Source of the DNA: Candidatus Hydrogenedentota bacterium
Lineage (GTDB): Bacteria > Hydrogenedentota > Hydrogenedentia > Hydrogenedentales > SLHB01
Length of the DNA: 64,000 bases
Assembly (NCBI GenBank): GCA_045863295.1
Contig: BTWA01000002.1
Location: forward strand, 203,137 to 267,136
Reading direction: 5' to 3'
In this document: positions 43,934 to 53,480 of the stretch, piece after piece
Layout of the letters: the number at the start of each line of letters is the position of its first letter
How positions within the stretch are numbered: the stretch's first letter is position 1
Notes under the pieces: generated by a model
The model's input: only the letters and a program-made list of their open reading frames with translations
What the model was told of the DNA's origin: nothing
Databases searched by the model: none
Made by a program: the position numbers and the translations under genes

Positions 43934-44698
43934 TCATGCCCAGTGCACGAGCCCGAACAGAAATGCCGACGGCACGATTTGAAGCGTCAGATTATCCCAG
44001 CCATGTGGGGAGAGCGCTTCCACGCCTGTACAGACTACTGCTCCAACTGGAACGCCCCAATACAACATGGAGACATCGACGTGCAGACCGGCAGATTGCG
44101 TCGCCAACAGCAGCATCGCCGCCGATGCCACCAACACGGCACCGCTTCCTTCGAGGGTCCGATCGGCGCGAACACCGCTCGCCGAGAGCGTCCGATAGGG
44201 GTGCCGGCCGAATCGAGTGCCCACAGGCTCCGCGATGGCATCCGCCACGCCCGTAACCAGATAGCCGGCTATTGCGCAGGGACCAAACCATACATTCGAT
44301 AGCACGCCACCCAGCAACGTGGCGATGTAGGGAATCATGATGTAGCGCGTCCGCCGGGGGGCGTCTTTTTCCCGCGCCATTGCCTCGTACAGCAGGTGTC
44401 CCTCGCCTTGCCACACGGCGAAGAAAATGACCATCGAGGCGATTGCACCAAAGAGACACACCCATCGTGTCCCGGCTGCGAAATGCAGTGCAGCCGCCAT
44501 TCCGAAAATAAGTAAGTGAAAAATCTTTCGAGTGTACCCTGTAGGCCAATTGTATCTGCGCTTGAGCCATCCCGCGAACGCAAGGCAGGTGACTGAATAA
44601 GCAAGAAATGCCGGTCCGCCGACGGCTAACATGCCGGTGCTTGGCATGTTTTGGCGAATGAATTCTACTGACGACACAAACACGCTGTCTCCCCGCAT
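43934..44698 (-). CDS. Phytol/dolichol kinase-like membrane protein; start uncertain
   Basis: YTRKIFH, ADAIAEPVGTRFGRH, RTLEGS, EALSPHGWDNL. Confidence 0.75.
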   Translation of the reverse strand: MRGDSVFVSSVEFIRQNMPSTGMLAVGGPAFLAYSVTCLAFAGWLKRRYNWPTGYTRKIFHLLIFGMAAALHFAAGTRWVCLFGAIASMVIFFAVWQGEGHLLYEAMAREKDAPRRTRYIMIPYIATLLGGVLSNVWFGPCAIAGYLVTGVADAIAEPVGTRFGRHPYRTLSASGVRADRTLEGSGAVLVASAAMLLLATQSAGLHVDVSMLYWGVPVGAVVCTGVEALSPHGWDNLTLQIVPSAFLFGLVHWA

Positions 44699-44748
44699 TC
44701 GTTGTGAGGCAGGTTCTGGTTCTGCTAGATTCTAGCGGTATTCCAACC

Positions 44749-45699
44749 ATGGCCATGGAAGCCCGATCTATCGTGGAAGCCATCGTAACGCAAGATCTCA
44801 CGAAGGTCTACCGCACCCATCTGGGCCGGAAGGCCGCGCCGTCCTTGAACGGGCTGAGCCTGACCGTAGAGCAGGGCGAAGTCTTCGGTTTTCTTGGCCG
44901 CAACGGCGCTGGTAAAACCACTACGATTAAGATTCTCTGCAGCCTGATCAAGCCCACGCGGGGCGCCGCGCATATACTCGGTGAAAACGCCCAAACGCGG
45001 AATGCCCGCCGGTGGATCGGCTATCTGCCCGAGAACCCTTACTTTTACGAGTACCTGACCCCGCGCGAAACCATCGAGTTTTACGGACGGCTGCATGGGC
45101 TTAACCCGCACGCGCGCGAAGCTGAGTGGAAAAAGCTCGCAGACCTTCTCGATCTAGGTCCCATTGCAAACCAGCGTGTCCGTGGGTTTTCCAAAGGCAT
45201 GCGCCAACGCCTCGGCACTGCCGTTGCTCTTGTCGGCGATCCCCCGGTTGTTATTCTTGATGAGCCCATGAGCGGTCTCGATCCCATGGGGCGCCGCGCC
45301 ACGCGAGAACTTATCCTGCGCTTGCGCGACGAGAAGAAGACTATCTTCTTCAGCTCCCATATCTTGGGCGATGTCGAACAAATCTGCGATCGCGTGGGCA
45401 TCATGGTCAAAGGGAAATTGACTGCGCATGGCCGCATCAGCGATTTGCTCACGCGTCGAATCGAGTCCGTTGAAGTCATTGCGGACAAGCTCTCCAATGC
45501 GTCCGTGCAGACATTGACCCAGTCCGCGCGCGGGTTTCGTCAATCCGAGGCGGGAAGCCATTTCACTACGGCGGATCCGGACGAAGCCGACGCGCTTGTG
45601 AAGTCTATTCACCAGTCCGGCGGCCGGGTCTTAGAGATTACTCCCGTCAAGGAGTCCCTTGAAGAGTATTTTCTGCGACAGCAGGCGCCACAGCCATGA
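44749..45699 (+). CDS. ABC-2 transporter ATPase (PilH-like)
   Basis: GRNGAGKTT, GYLPENPYFYEYLT, FSKGMRQR, DEPMSGLDP. Confidence 0.9.
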   Translation: MAMEARSIVEAIVTQDLTKVYRTHLGRKAAPSLNGLSLTVEQGEVFGFLGRNGAGKTTTIKILCSLIKPTRGAAHILGENAQTRNARRWIGYLPENPYFYEYLTPRETIEFYGRLHGLNPHAREAEWKKLADLLDLGPIANQRVRGFSKGMRQRLGTAVALVGDPPVVILDEPMSGLDPMGRRATRELILRLRDEKKTIFFSSHILGDVEQICDRVGIMVKGKLTAHGRISDLLTRRIESVEVIADKLSNASVQTLTQSARGFRQSEAGSHFTTADPDEADALVKSIHQSGGRVLEITPVKESLEEYFLRQQAPQP

Positions 45700-46457
45700 G
45701 AATCCTCGCGGTCGCGCACAACACGTTTCGTGAAGCCGTTCGCGACAAGGTCCTTTATGTGCTGCTGTTTTTTGCGGCCTCGGCGATTGCTGGATCCAAG
45801 GCGCTCGGATGGATCAGCATCGGTCAAGACATCAAGATAGTGAAAGATATCTGTCTGGCTTCCGTCTCGCTGTTCGGTGTGCTTATTTCCATTTTTGTTG
45901 GCGCGAGCCTTGTCTATAAAGAAATTGACAAGCGCACGATCTACACGATTATCTGCCGCCCCATGCACCGGTACGAATTCATCCTTGGCAAGTATCTTGG
46001 TCTGTGCGCTCTGCTTGCGGTGGTTGTTTGCGCGATGGCCGCTATGTCGACTGGATATATCCTGTTGCTTGGCGGCGCTGTGCAGGTTGTTTTCTTCCAG
46101 GCGATGCTACTTGCGTATTGCGAGCTGCTGCTGATTACGGCGCTGGCCGTCTTGATGTCGTCGGTCACATCGCCGATACTTGGCGCCATTATTGTGTTTT
46201 GCGCCTACATCCTCGGGCACGCGACTGGAATCCTCATCGACTTGCCCGATCACTTCGACGGAACCACTGCCGAAAGAGTGCTCCAGACGGTATACTACAT
46301 TTTGCCGAACCTCACGAATTTCAACATCCGATCCGAAGCCGCCAATGGCGTTCCGGTGGCTCCGGGGTATGTGCTATGGGCCGTGGTCTATGGCGCGGTG
46401 TACACCTTGATGCTTCTGGTGCTGGCGGCCCTTGCGTTTGAGGATAAAGATGTATGA
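45696..46457 (+). CDS. ABC-2 transporter permease (PilI-like)
   Basis: NTFREAVRDKVLY, KEIDKRTIY, EFILGKYLG; about 6 TM helices. Confidence 0.85.
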   Translation: MRILAVAHNTFREAVRDKVLYVLLFFAASAIAGSKALGWISIGQDIKIVKDICLASVSLFGVLISIFVGASLVYKEIDKRTIYTIICRPMHRYEFILGKYLGLCALLAVVVCAMAAMSTGYILLLGGAVQVVFFQAMLLAYCELLLITALAVLMSSVTSPILGAIIVFCAYILGHATGILIDLPDHFDGTTAERVLQTVYYILPNLTNFNIRSEAANGVPVAPGYVLWAVVYGAVYTLMLLVLAALAFEDKDV

Positions 46458-47464
46458 AGCGCTTCCTCGCCGCCACGGCGACTATCGCACTCGCATTTGC
46501 TGCATTGGTGCCTGCGCAAAAGAACATCGACACGGCCAGGTCTCACGCTTTCGACGAGGAGTTGTTATACCTGCCTGAACAGCGCATTCTCCGGCATTTT
46601 ACCGGCGGCATGAACAGCCTCGTGGCCGACCTGCTTTGGATACAGTGCATTCAATATACCGCCCAGCAATTTCGAGGCGAGTACAAGTTTACCTGGCTCA
46701 ATCAGATGTTCGATACGATCACGATGCTCGATCCCTACTTTTGCGATGTTTACCAGAAAGGCGGCCAGTTTCTCGCGATGCTCAAGGCCGACAGCGATGC
46801 CAGCATTGCCTTGCTGCAACAGGGAATTCCGCACAACCCGGAGCGATGGGAATTGCCTTTCGAAATTGCCCGCACCTACATCCTCAACCGGGGCGACGAA
46901 ACCTCCGGCGCGCACTACCTCGCCATGGCGGCCGCTACCGGGAATCCGCCGGACTTCGTGGTGGATTGGGCAAAGAACCTGCAATTACAGCACGATTTGG
47001 ACGACGTTCAACGAAGCATGTGGGTCGATATCCGGCAAAACAATCCGGATCCCACGATGAAGAAGCTGGCGGAACGCAAACTTGTCGAGCTTGATTTGCG
47101 TGCGGTCTGCAAACAATTGAACGCGGCGGTCGAGGCCTACAAACAGCAACTCGGCGCGCCGCCTGAGACGCTGAAGGACTTGTGGGATGCCGGACTCGCC
47201 CAAGGGGACCTGGCTGATCCTCTGGGCGGCAGATTCTTCCTTAATTCGGACCATGAGGTTCAAAACACCTCACTTCTCGATAGTATCAAGGAAGACCGTT
47301 TGAGGGTTATCCAAGGCTGGATCCAACTTTTTGAAGAGAAGGAAGGCCGTCGGCCCGCCCGCCTGGAGGAACTCGTAGAGAGAGGCATCGCGTCAGGCTT
47401 GCCCACGTATCCTTACGAAGAGGGGAGTTGGCAGTACGATCCGGCGGACGGATCGGTCAAATAG
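46454..47464 (+). CDS. Membrane-anchored TPR-like protein with C-terminal pseudopilin-like segments
   Basis: ADLLWIQ.IQY, ITMLDPYF, NPERWELP; ATGA-coupled to permease. Confidence 0.65.
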   Translation: MKRFLAATATIALAFAALVPAQKNIDTARSHAFDEELLYLPEQRILRHFTGGMNSLVADLLWIQCIQYTAQQFRGEYKFTWLNQMFDTITMLDPYFCDVYQKGGQFLAMLKADSDASIALLQQGIPHNPERWELPFEIARTYILNRGDETSGAHYLAMAAATGNPPDFVVDWAKNLQLQHDLDDVQRSMWVDIRQNNPDPTMKKLAERKLVELDLRAVCKQLNAAVEAYKQQLGAPPETLKDLWDAGLAQGDLADPLGGRFFLNSDHEVQNTSLLDSIKEDRLRVIQGWIQLFEEKEGRRPARLEELVERGIASGLPTYPYEEGSWQYDPADGSVK

Positions 47465-47512
47465 CGTTCTTCGAGCTCTTTGCGATGCCGTCTTCCTTGA
47501 GGACTGCGTGCT

Positions 47513-47761
47513 CTACGGTTCCTGTTCCAGCGCATCAACGACGTCGCCGGCATTCGCAACCGGTTTGCCGGCCTGTTGAGCGTGCAGTAGATCCGTCAAT
47601 CGGTCGATTTTTTCTTCCAGCCGTTGCACGTCCTGCCGCAGCGTGTTGATTTCCTGCTTTGTGTGCACAGAGCCGCCGCCTGAGAACGCCATCACAATGA
47701 TGGCGATTAGGATCAATGTCCCGCATCCAAGCCGTACAGGTTCGTTGTATCCGTTGCTCAT
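47513..47761 (-). CDS. Small single-TM coiled-coil protein
   Basis: LGCGTLILIAIIVMAFS TM; EINTLRQDVQRLEEKIDRL heptads; GGAG RBS. Confidence 0.7.
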   Translation of the reverse strand: MSNGYNEPVRLGCGTLILIAIIVMAFSGGGSVHTKQEINTLRQDVQRLEEKIDRLTDLLHAQQAGKPVANAGDVVDALEQEP

Positions 47762-47915
47762 ACACGTCTCCGTAAGTTCGACACTGCCGGAAAACGGCAG
47801 GAGGCCCGCGACGCGTTGGTGTCCACGCCGCGGGGAGTAGGGTCGTAGAGGTAAGCGACCTCCTGCGTAGGGGTGCCGTCAATGTTGGGGGAGGTTGACG
47901 GCCAGGGAAGATCCA

Positions 47916-48140
47916 CTAACAGTAATACCGAGGCGCGGTTTTCATCAGCAATGCGCCGAGAATATACAGGAAACCTACGGGAAAGAACCCCGTGAACACG
48001 AGAGCCAGGAACGTGATGGTCCGGGTCCAGAACACCGAGATGTCGAAGTATTCCGCAATACCCCGGCACACGCCAAACAGAATACCGTCTCGCGAGCGGT
48101 ACAGTCCGTGAGGCCGGTAAGTCGATTCGTAGTAGGCCAT
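47916..48140 (-). CDS. pspC: PspC domain protein
   Basis: LYRSRDGILFGVCRGIAEYF plus TM. Confidence 0.9.
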   Translation of the reverse strand: MAYYESTYRPHGLYRSRDGILFGVCRGIAEYFDISVFWTRTITFLALVFTGFFPVGFLYILGALLMKTAPRYYC

Positions 48141-48173
48141 GTTCTTCGTCCTTTCGATGATCCAATCCGGCGA

Positions 48174-48836
48174 CTAGTGACCGGACCGGGAAGCCTTCAA
48201 TGATTGCAGTTCGCGTTCGATAGCCTCGTCCACGACCAGCGCGTCGATTTCGTCGCGCAACGATGGCGCCCGCAATGCGTGGTCGATTGCCGCCTCGCTC
48301 TCCAACACGTCAAGCCGGTACTGCATCGCATCGAAATGACTGAAGATGTGCGACGTGTCCACCCGGCGAATGTCCTGTTGTGCCCTGCGGCGGTGCAATG
48401 CGTGCACGTGCCGCTGAACGAGCACCCGACGCTTCTCGCGCACGGCATCCAATTTGTCTTCCAGTTCGCGAATGTCCGTCTGATACTGCGCGATCACGGC
48501 TTCGCATTCCGCCTGTTCCTTTTCCAGGCCTGCCCCATGATCGGTGTAGCGCCGCTTTTCCTTCAGGGCATCCCGCGCCAGGTCGTCGCGGCCCTTGCTG
48601 ACGGCAATTTGTGCGCGGGCTTCCCATTCCGCCGCGCGCTGCTGGGACTCGCGGCTGTCCGTTTCGATTGCCCGCTTTGCCGCCATGGCGCCCGCGCAAG
48701 ACGCCTTTACCTCGATCAATGTGTCTTCCATTTCCCGGATCATGGTATTCACCAGTTTCTCCGGATCTTCCGCGCAATCCAGCATCGCATTGACATTGGC
48801 GCTGATGATGTCGCGAGCCCGCGTGAAAATGCCCAT
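48174..48836 (-). CDS. pspA: Phage shock protein A
   Basis: MGIFTRARDIISANVNAMLD.AEDPEKL, EMEDTLIEV; coiled coil. Confidence 0.93.
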   Translation of the reverse strand: MGIFTRARDIISANVNAMLDCAEDPEKLVNTMIREMEDTLIEVKASCAGAMAAKRAIETDSRESQQRAAEWEARAQIAVSKGRDDLARDALKEKRRYTDHGAGLEKEQAECEAVIAQYQTDIRELEDKLDAVREKRRVLVQRHVHALHRRRAQQDIRRVDTSHIFSHFDAMQYRLDVLESEAAIDHALRAPSLRDEIDALVVDEAIERELQSLKASRSGH

Positions 48837-48884
48837 GGTATTGTCTCCTTGTTCCCGTGAATTCCGGTGAATCGATTCTTCGTT

Positions 48885-49340
48885 CTACAACGTCGCCGTT
48901 ACGCCCCGCCCGAAGAAAGCGTTGCCTGGCGAATCCGCTTCGCAATTCTTGAGCGTTGCATAGACGCGATCCATCAGGCCTGCCTGGGCCAAACCGGCGT
49001 GCAACAGGGCCGACAATCCCGCCACCGCGTCCATATCGTCGTGGTAGACCCTTATGCCCGCTTCGTAGCCCGCGCCATATTCGCTGGCTTGGCACCAAGT
49101 CACCTTGCCTTTGAATTCGGGCGCCGGCGCCGGTCCGCCAGGGGCGGAAACCTCGAGCCGGATACGACTGCCCTCGGGCAGCGGATTGGTCAGTATGATC
49201 GACAGACCGCCCCGGCCCACGTCGGCGCAACGGGCACTACCGCGTTCGCCATCGGTTTCGAAGTACACGTTTCCGTTCAGTGGATACCGGCCAAAGCGGC
49301 GATTGTCCTGTATGGTCGATTGAGTAGTGCCCCGATTCAT
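48885..49340 (-). CDS. PilZ domain protein
   Basis: RRFGR (RxxxR), DVGRGG, GKVTWC..YEAGIRV; CAGGAGA RBS. Confidence 0.78.
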   Translation of the reverse strand: MNRGTTQSTIQDNRRFGRYPLNGNVYFETDGERGSARCADVGRGGLSIILTNPLPEGSRIRLEVSAPGGPAPAPEFKGKVTWCQASEYGAGYEAGIRVYHDDMDAVAGLSALLHAGLAQAGLMDRVYATLKNCEADSPGNAFFGRGVTATL

Positions 49341-49384
49341 GGCCTTGGTCTCCTGTGCTGTAGCCATTGCTAAGACCGTAAAGA

Positions 49385-49399
49385 ACAAGCCTCGTGCCA
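49385..49399 (-). promoter_or_regulatory. Sigma54 -24/-12 promoter of pilZ-pspA-pspC
   Basis: TGGCACG-AGGC-TTGT (consensus TGGCACG-N4-TTGC); divergent from pspF. Confidence 0.75.
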
Positions 49400-49453
49400 A
49401 ATCGGGATAAGGGTTGTAAGTGATTTAAAAACAATGATTTGCAAAAACGGGCT

Positions 49454-49491
49454 CAAAATTTCGCTTGTTTGATGCTGGCGAATTTCGCTAA
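49454..49491. promoter_or_regulatory. Candidate PspF upstream activator sites
   Basis: Near-palindrome TGGCGAATTTCGCTA(A) 49476-49491 and partial copy AAATTTCGCT near 49456-49465; AT-rich IHF-like tract between these and the promoter. Confidence 0.6.
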
Positions 49492-49531
49492 TCTGTGGCC
49501 CAATAATCAAATGGTTTGGCGGAGATCCTCA

Positions 49532-50650
49532 ATGGGTGACCTTCCGAGAAAGACGTCGAACAGTCCCGGTAAGCAAGACGAGCCGATTATTCAGGAAGCG
49601 CTTGGGCAATCCGAGGTCTTTCTGAACTTTCAGGAACGTTTGTCTCGGGTGGCCAAAGTCGATCGTCCAGTGTTGATCATTGGCGAACGCGGGACCGGCA
49701 AGGAACTCGCCGCCTCCCGTCTGCACTTTCTTTCGCGGCGTTGGCAGGAACCGTTTGTGGCCCTGAATTGTGCCGCCCTTGCATCCACGCTCATCGAATC
49801 CGAGCTATTCGGTCATGAGGAGGGTGCATTTACCGGGGCGGCACGCCGTAGGCGAGGAAGATTTGAAGCGGCACACGGCGGCACCTTGTTCCTTGACGAA
49901 ATCGGGAACATCCCGGTCGAGACTCAGGAAAAGATTTTGCGGGTTGTGGAGTATGGAAGCTTTGAACGGGTTGGGGGTTCGGAACCGATTCGCGTGAACG
50001 CGCGCATCCTTGGCGCCACCAATACCAATCTATCCATTTTGGCGGACAAGGGCCAATTCATGCGGGACTTGCTGGACCGACTTTCTTTTGAAGTGCTTTT
50101 CATACCTCCATTGCGAGACCGGCGTGAGGATATCATGCTCCTGACGAATCACTTTGCCGCGCGCATGGCCTTTGAATTGAATTGGAAATCGCTGCCAGAG
50201 TTTACGGACGGCGCCATTGGTCTGCTTGAGAACCACCCCTGGCCGGGGAACGTGCGCGAACTCAAGAACGTCATTGAACGGGCCGTTTACCGGTCCGACG
50301 ACGAAGTTATAACCGCGGACGAGATCATTTTTGATCCCTTCCTATGTCCGTATTCGGTTCTCCCGGAGCCACGTATCGACAGCAAATCCATATCGAACGT
50401 CCAGGGAGCGGATAATCCAGCTTCGTCGATTCAGAGTGTGATTGAGCAACTTCCCGAATGGCTGCGCGAAAAATCACTCAATGACGCCGTTCGAGAGGTT
50501 GAAATCTGCCTGTTGAAAAACGCCTTGGAACGCGCGAGGTTCAACCAGCGGAAGGCGGCTGAATTGGTCGGCATGACTTACCATCAGTTTCGGGGTGTCT
50601 ACCGGAAGCATCGTGAATTCCTTGGCGGCGAAGACGAACCCGAAACTTGA
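49532..50650 (+). CDS. pspF: Sigma54 activator PspF
   Basis: [31 protein letters not shown]-terminal HTH; no N-terminal sensor domain. Confidence 0.93.
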   Translation: MGDLPRKTSNSPGKQDEPIIQEALGQSEVFLNFQERLSRVAKVDRPVLIIGERGTGKELAASRLHFLSRRWQEPFVALNCAALASTLIESELFGHEEGAFTGAARRRRGRFEAAHGGTLFLDEIGNIPVETQEKILRVVEYGSFERVGGSEPIRVNARILGATNTNLSILADKGQFMRDLLDRLSFEVLFIPPLRDRREDIMLLTNHFAARMAFELNWKSLPEFTDGAIGLLENHPWPGNVRELKNVIERAVYRSDDEVITADEIIFDPFLCPYSVLPEPRIDSKSISNVQGADNPASSIQSVIEQLPEWLREKSLNDAVREVEICLLKNALERARFNQRKAAELVGMTYHQFRGVYRKHREFLGGEDEPET

Positions 50651-50716
50651 TTTGACCACCCTTCAATCGTTCTAATCTGGCCCCATTCGCTGTTCCGATG
50701 AACAAAGGAAGATGCC

Positions 50717-51463
50717 ATGCCCGATATTGCCGCCTTGCTCACTTTCGAAAACGGCGTTGCCTTGTTGACATTGACCTTGTTGGAAATCGTACTTGGCATA
50801 GACAATATCGTTTTCATAGCCATTCTCACCGGCAAGTTGGATGCCCAGTCCGCGCCCAAGGCGCGCAAACTGGGTTTGGCCATGGCGATGGGGATGCGAA
50901 TCCTTCTACTGCTGTTGCTCAGTTGGATTATGGGGCTCACCAAACCGCTGTTCGAATACGACCTTTACTCCTATCATATCGCGGTCAGCGGGAGAGACCT
51001 TATTCTTTTGTTTGGCGGACTTTTCCTGATAGCCAAGTCAACATATGAAATTCACGACAAGATCGAAGGTCATGGCGATCACGGCATTTCGCAAAAGAGA
51101 GCCGTTACATTCACATCCGTCATCATTCAGATCATGTTGCTAGATATCGTGTTTTCTCTCGACTCCGTAATCACCGCGGTAGGCATGGCCAACGAAATCA
51201 TCATCATGATTCTGGCTGTAATAATTGCCGTCGGCGTCATGCTTGTATTTGCCGAAACCGTGAGTAAATTTGTGGAACGCCACCCCACGGTCAAGATGCT
51301 TGCCCTTTCGTTCTTGCTTCTCATCGGAATGATGCTCGTGGCCGAAGGGTTTCACGCGCACATTCCCAAGGGCTATGTATACTTCGCGATGGCATTTTCG
51401 CTCTTTGTCGAGATGCTGAACCTTCGCGTTAAAAGCATCAACGAGAAGAAGGTTAAACCCTGA
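50717..51463 (+). CDS. TerC family membrane protein
   Basis: LEIVLGIDN, DIVFSLDSVITAVG, KGYVYFAMAFS. Confidence 0.93.
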   Translation: MPDIAALLTFENGVALLTLTLLEIVLGIDNIVFIAILTGKLDAQSAPKARKLGLAMAMGMRILLLLLLSWIMGLTKPLFEYDLYSYHIAVSGRDLILLFGGLFLIAKSTYEIHDKIEGHGDHGISQKRAVTFTSVIIQIMLLDIVFSLDSVITAVGMANEIIIMILAVIIAVGVMLVFAETVSKFVERHPTVKMLALSFLLLIGMMLVAEGFHAHIPKGYVYFAMAFSLFVEMLNLRVKSINEKKVKP

Positions 51464-51554
51464 CTGGGGCATACATAAGGACAAAAGGGCCCATGGGGCT
51501 TTTCTTTCCCGTTGGCCCTGGCAGCTTTCCGGATTCGAGAGATTCCGGCCAGAC

Positions 51555-52970
51555 TCAACCTTTTTTCAACACTTCGCTCAGAACGCTTGTGTTCACGATA
51601 TCTTTCACGGCATCGAACGGAATCAGCACTTCGCGAGGACCTTCCGCATAAGATCCCACGGCATAGGGCGGAAAATATATCGTGATTCCGCCCGCCGATA
51701 CCGTGAACAAGTTCAAATCTTCTTCTTTCAATTCAGAAACCGTACCATCTATGACGAATCCTGCGCCGTCTTCCTTCAGCTTCGCCAAACAAATTGTTTC
51801 CAACGTTTTGCGGTAATCCGTGCCCGCGGTGAAAAGATCGTCGAGGGACAGTTGCTTTACATCCGCTGCACCCAACTGAAACGTAAAGGTTACGTATGTG
51901 CCATAACCGTGCGCGCCGCCGGTATACGTGTCCATCGAGAATAAAAGGCTTATGAGCGAATCGCCGGCATATTCAAATCCATAGTTGCCCAAAGAAAACG
52001 AGGCCGTTGGAAGGTAGTCGCCTTCGTCCATCCCTTCGTCGTCACCGGTTTGTTCCGTTTCCGGTGTTTCCGCGGGCGTGGGTTCCGGCGCTGTTTCCGG
52101 TGCATTCTTTTTCATGTCGGCCACCATTTCGGTCCAGGTGGCATTGAAAGCCTCCAATTGCCGGTGAAGGTCGTCTTGAATTGCCTTATTTAACGCGTCT
52201 GCCCGGGTCGCATCGGGCCAAGCAAACACCGGATAATCCATGTGAAGCGACTTTGGCATGGTCTGGTCTTCCACATATTCGTCCACGTTCTGTTGCGTCG
52301 CAAGGAGTGTTAACGAAAATGGGAGGGACTTGCTTAGATCCGGGTTCATCCACGTGCCGTTTGCTTTTGCCATGACGGATTCAAACCGGCCATTGAAAAG
52401 TCCCGTCTTTTTGTCGTTCGAAAGTTCGGTGATGGTAAACGCGCCTTCCTTATCGATGACACCCTGCAACTGAATAGGAAGGCCGAACCGCACGTAGGCA
52501 TAATCGCCATTCAGACTTGTGTAGTCTTTCCACAGCGACATGAACACGGGCCGATTCTCACCGATTGTTCCCCGAAGATGCACCCGCATCGAATCCGGCG
52601 GGTAGCCCGGCACGGTGTCCGGCAGGAATTCGGGCACATCCGACACGGATGCCCCCACGCGAATCGCAAGGTTGGCCCATTTACCCTTTTCGGGATAATA
52701 GACGTAGGCCAGATCCACGGGCGTCCAGTTGATGAACAGCGAATGGAATTCCGGGTTCTCTGTTGGCTCGACGCTGGTTTCCATGATGGCCATTGGTTTC
52801 CACCCATTGTCGCCACACGGGGGACAGAATTGGCGGACTTCCTTCGAGTCCTTCACCAGCGCCGCGGCCCTGTCGGCTTGCGCTTTGGTGACCCATGATG
52901 CCTGATCGGCGCGGGCCACAGCGAGATTGAGCGCCACGAAAAGCGAGAAGGCCAACCATACTGCACGCAT
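51555..52970 (-). CDS. Secreted protein with C-terminal DUF3298/RsiV-like domain
   Basis: Signal peptide; YTGGAHG, FPPYAVGSYAEG; acidic linker. Confidence 0.72.
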   Translation of the reverse strand: MRAVWLAFSLFVALNLAVARADQASWVTKAQADRAAALVKDSKEVRQFCPPCGDNGWKPMAIMETSVEPTENPEFHSLFINWTPVDLAYVYYPEKGKWANLAIRVGASVSDVPEFLPDTVPGYPPDSMRVHLRGTIGENRPVFMSLWKDYTSLNGDYAYVRFGLPIQLQGVIDKEGAFTITELSNDKKTGLFNGRFESVMAKANGTWMNPDLSKSLPFSLTLLATQQNVDEYVEDQTMPKSLHMDYPVFAWPDATRADALNKAIQDDLHRQLEAFNATWTEMVADMKKNAPETAPEPTPAETPETEQTGDDEGMDEGDYLPTASFSLGNYGFEYAGDSLISLLFSMDTYTGGAHGYGTYVTFTFQLGAADVKQLSLDDLFTAGTDYRKTLETICLAKLKEDGAGFVIDGTVSELKEEDLNLFTVSAGGITIYFPPYAVGSYAEGPREVLIPFDAVKDIVNTSVLSEVLKKG

Positions 52971-53003
52971 AATTAAATCCTTTACATCGATGTGACTTCA
53001 GTG

Positions 53004-53363
53004 TCACTCCGGATAGTATTGATCCGCCAGATCGAAGGGTGGAATGCCAATGACAAGCGATTCCAGGTTGTCGCCCTCGGCATAGTGAACGGCGTAGGGT
53101 TTGATCCAGACACAGTCCCCCGGTGCAAGCGGTACGCGCTCGCCATCTATGACGAGGTGCCCAGTTCCGGAAAGTACGTAATAGTACTCGTGGGCAATTT
53201 TGTGAAAGTGCGGACGGGCATTGTCGATCCGCAGATGTGAAATGCTCGCCGGAGCCGCGTCATCCTTCCTGATAATTCGCCTCCGGAATCCGCATGTGCT
53301 CCGGTCCTCCGCCGAATCGGCCGTGGAGATTTTTACAAACCGCGCTTCTTGCGTCGTCGCCAT
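53004..53363 (-). CDS. Cupin domain protein
   Basis: HFHKIAHEYYYVLSGTG, PGDCVWIKP..VH. Confidence 0.88.
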   Translation of the reverse strand: MATTQEARFVKISTADSAEDRSTCGFRRRIIRKDDAAPASISHLRIDNARPHFHKIAHEYYYVLSGTGHLVIDGERVPLAPGDCVWIKPYAVHYAEGDNLESLVIGIPPFDLADQYYPE

Positions 53364-53480
53364 GACGGGATCTCTCCTGGAATGCGTTTCAGGAACCGGA
53401 TCATACGGAAGTCGCGCGCCGCCTGCAAAGAATTGGGCTTGCCTGTGTAACAAGGCACAAGCCGGCTGGCCTGACGTGAC

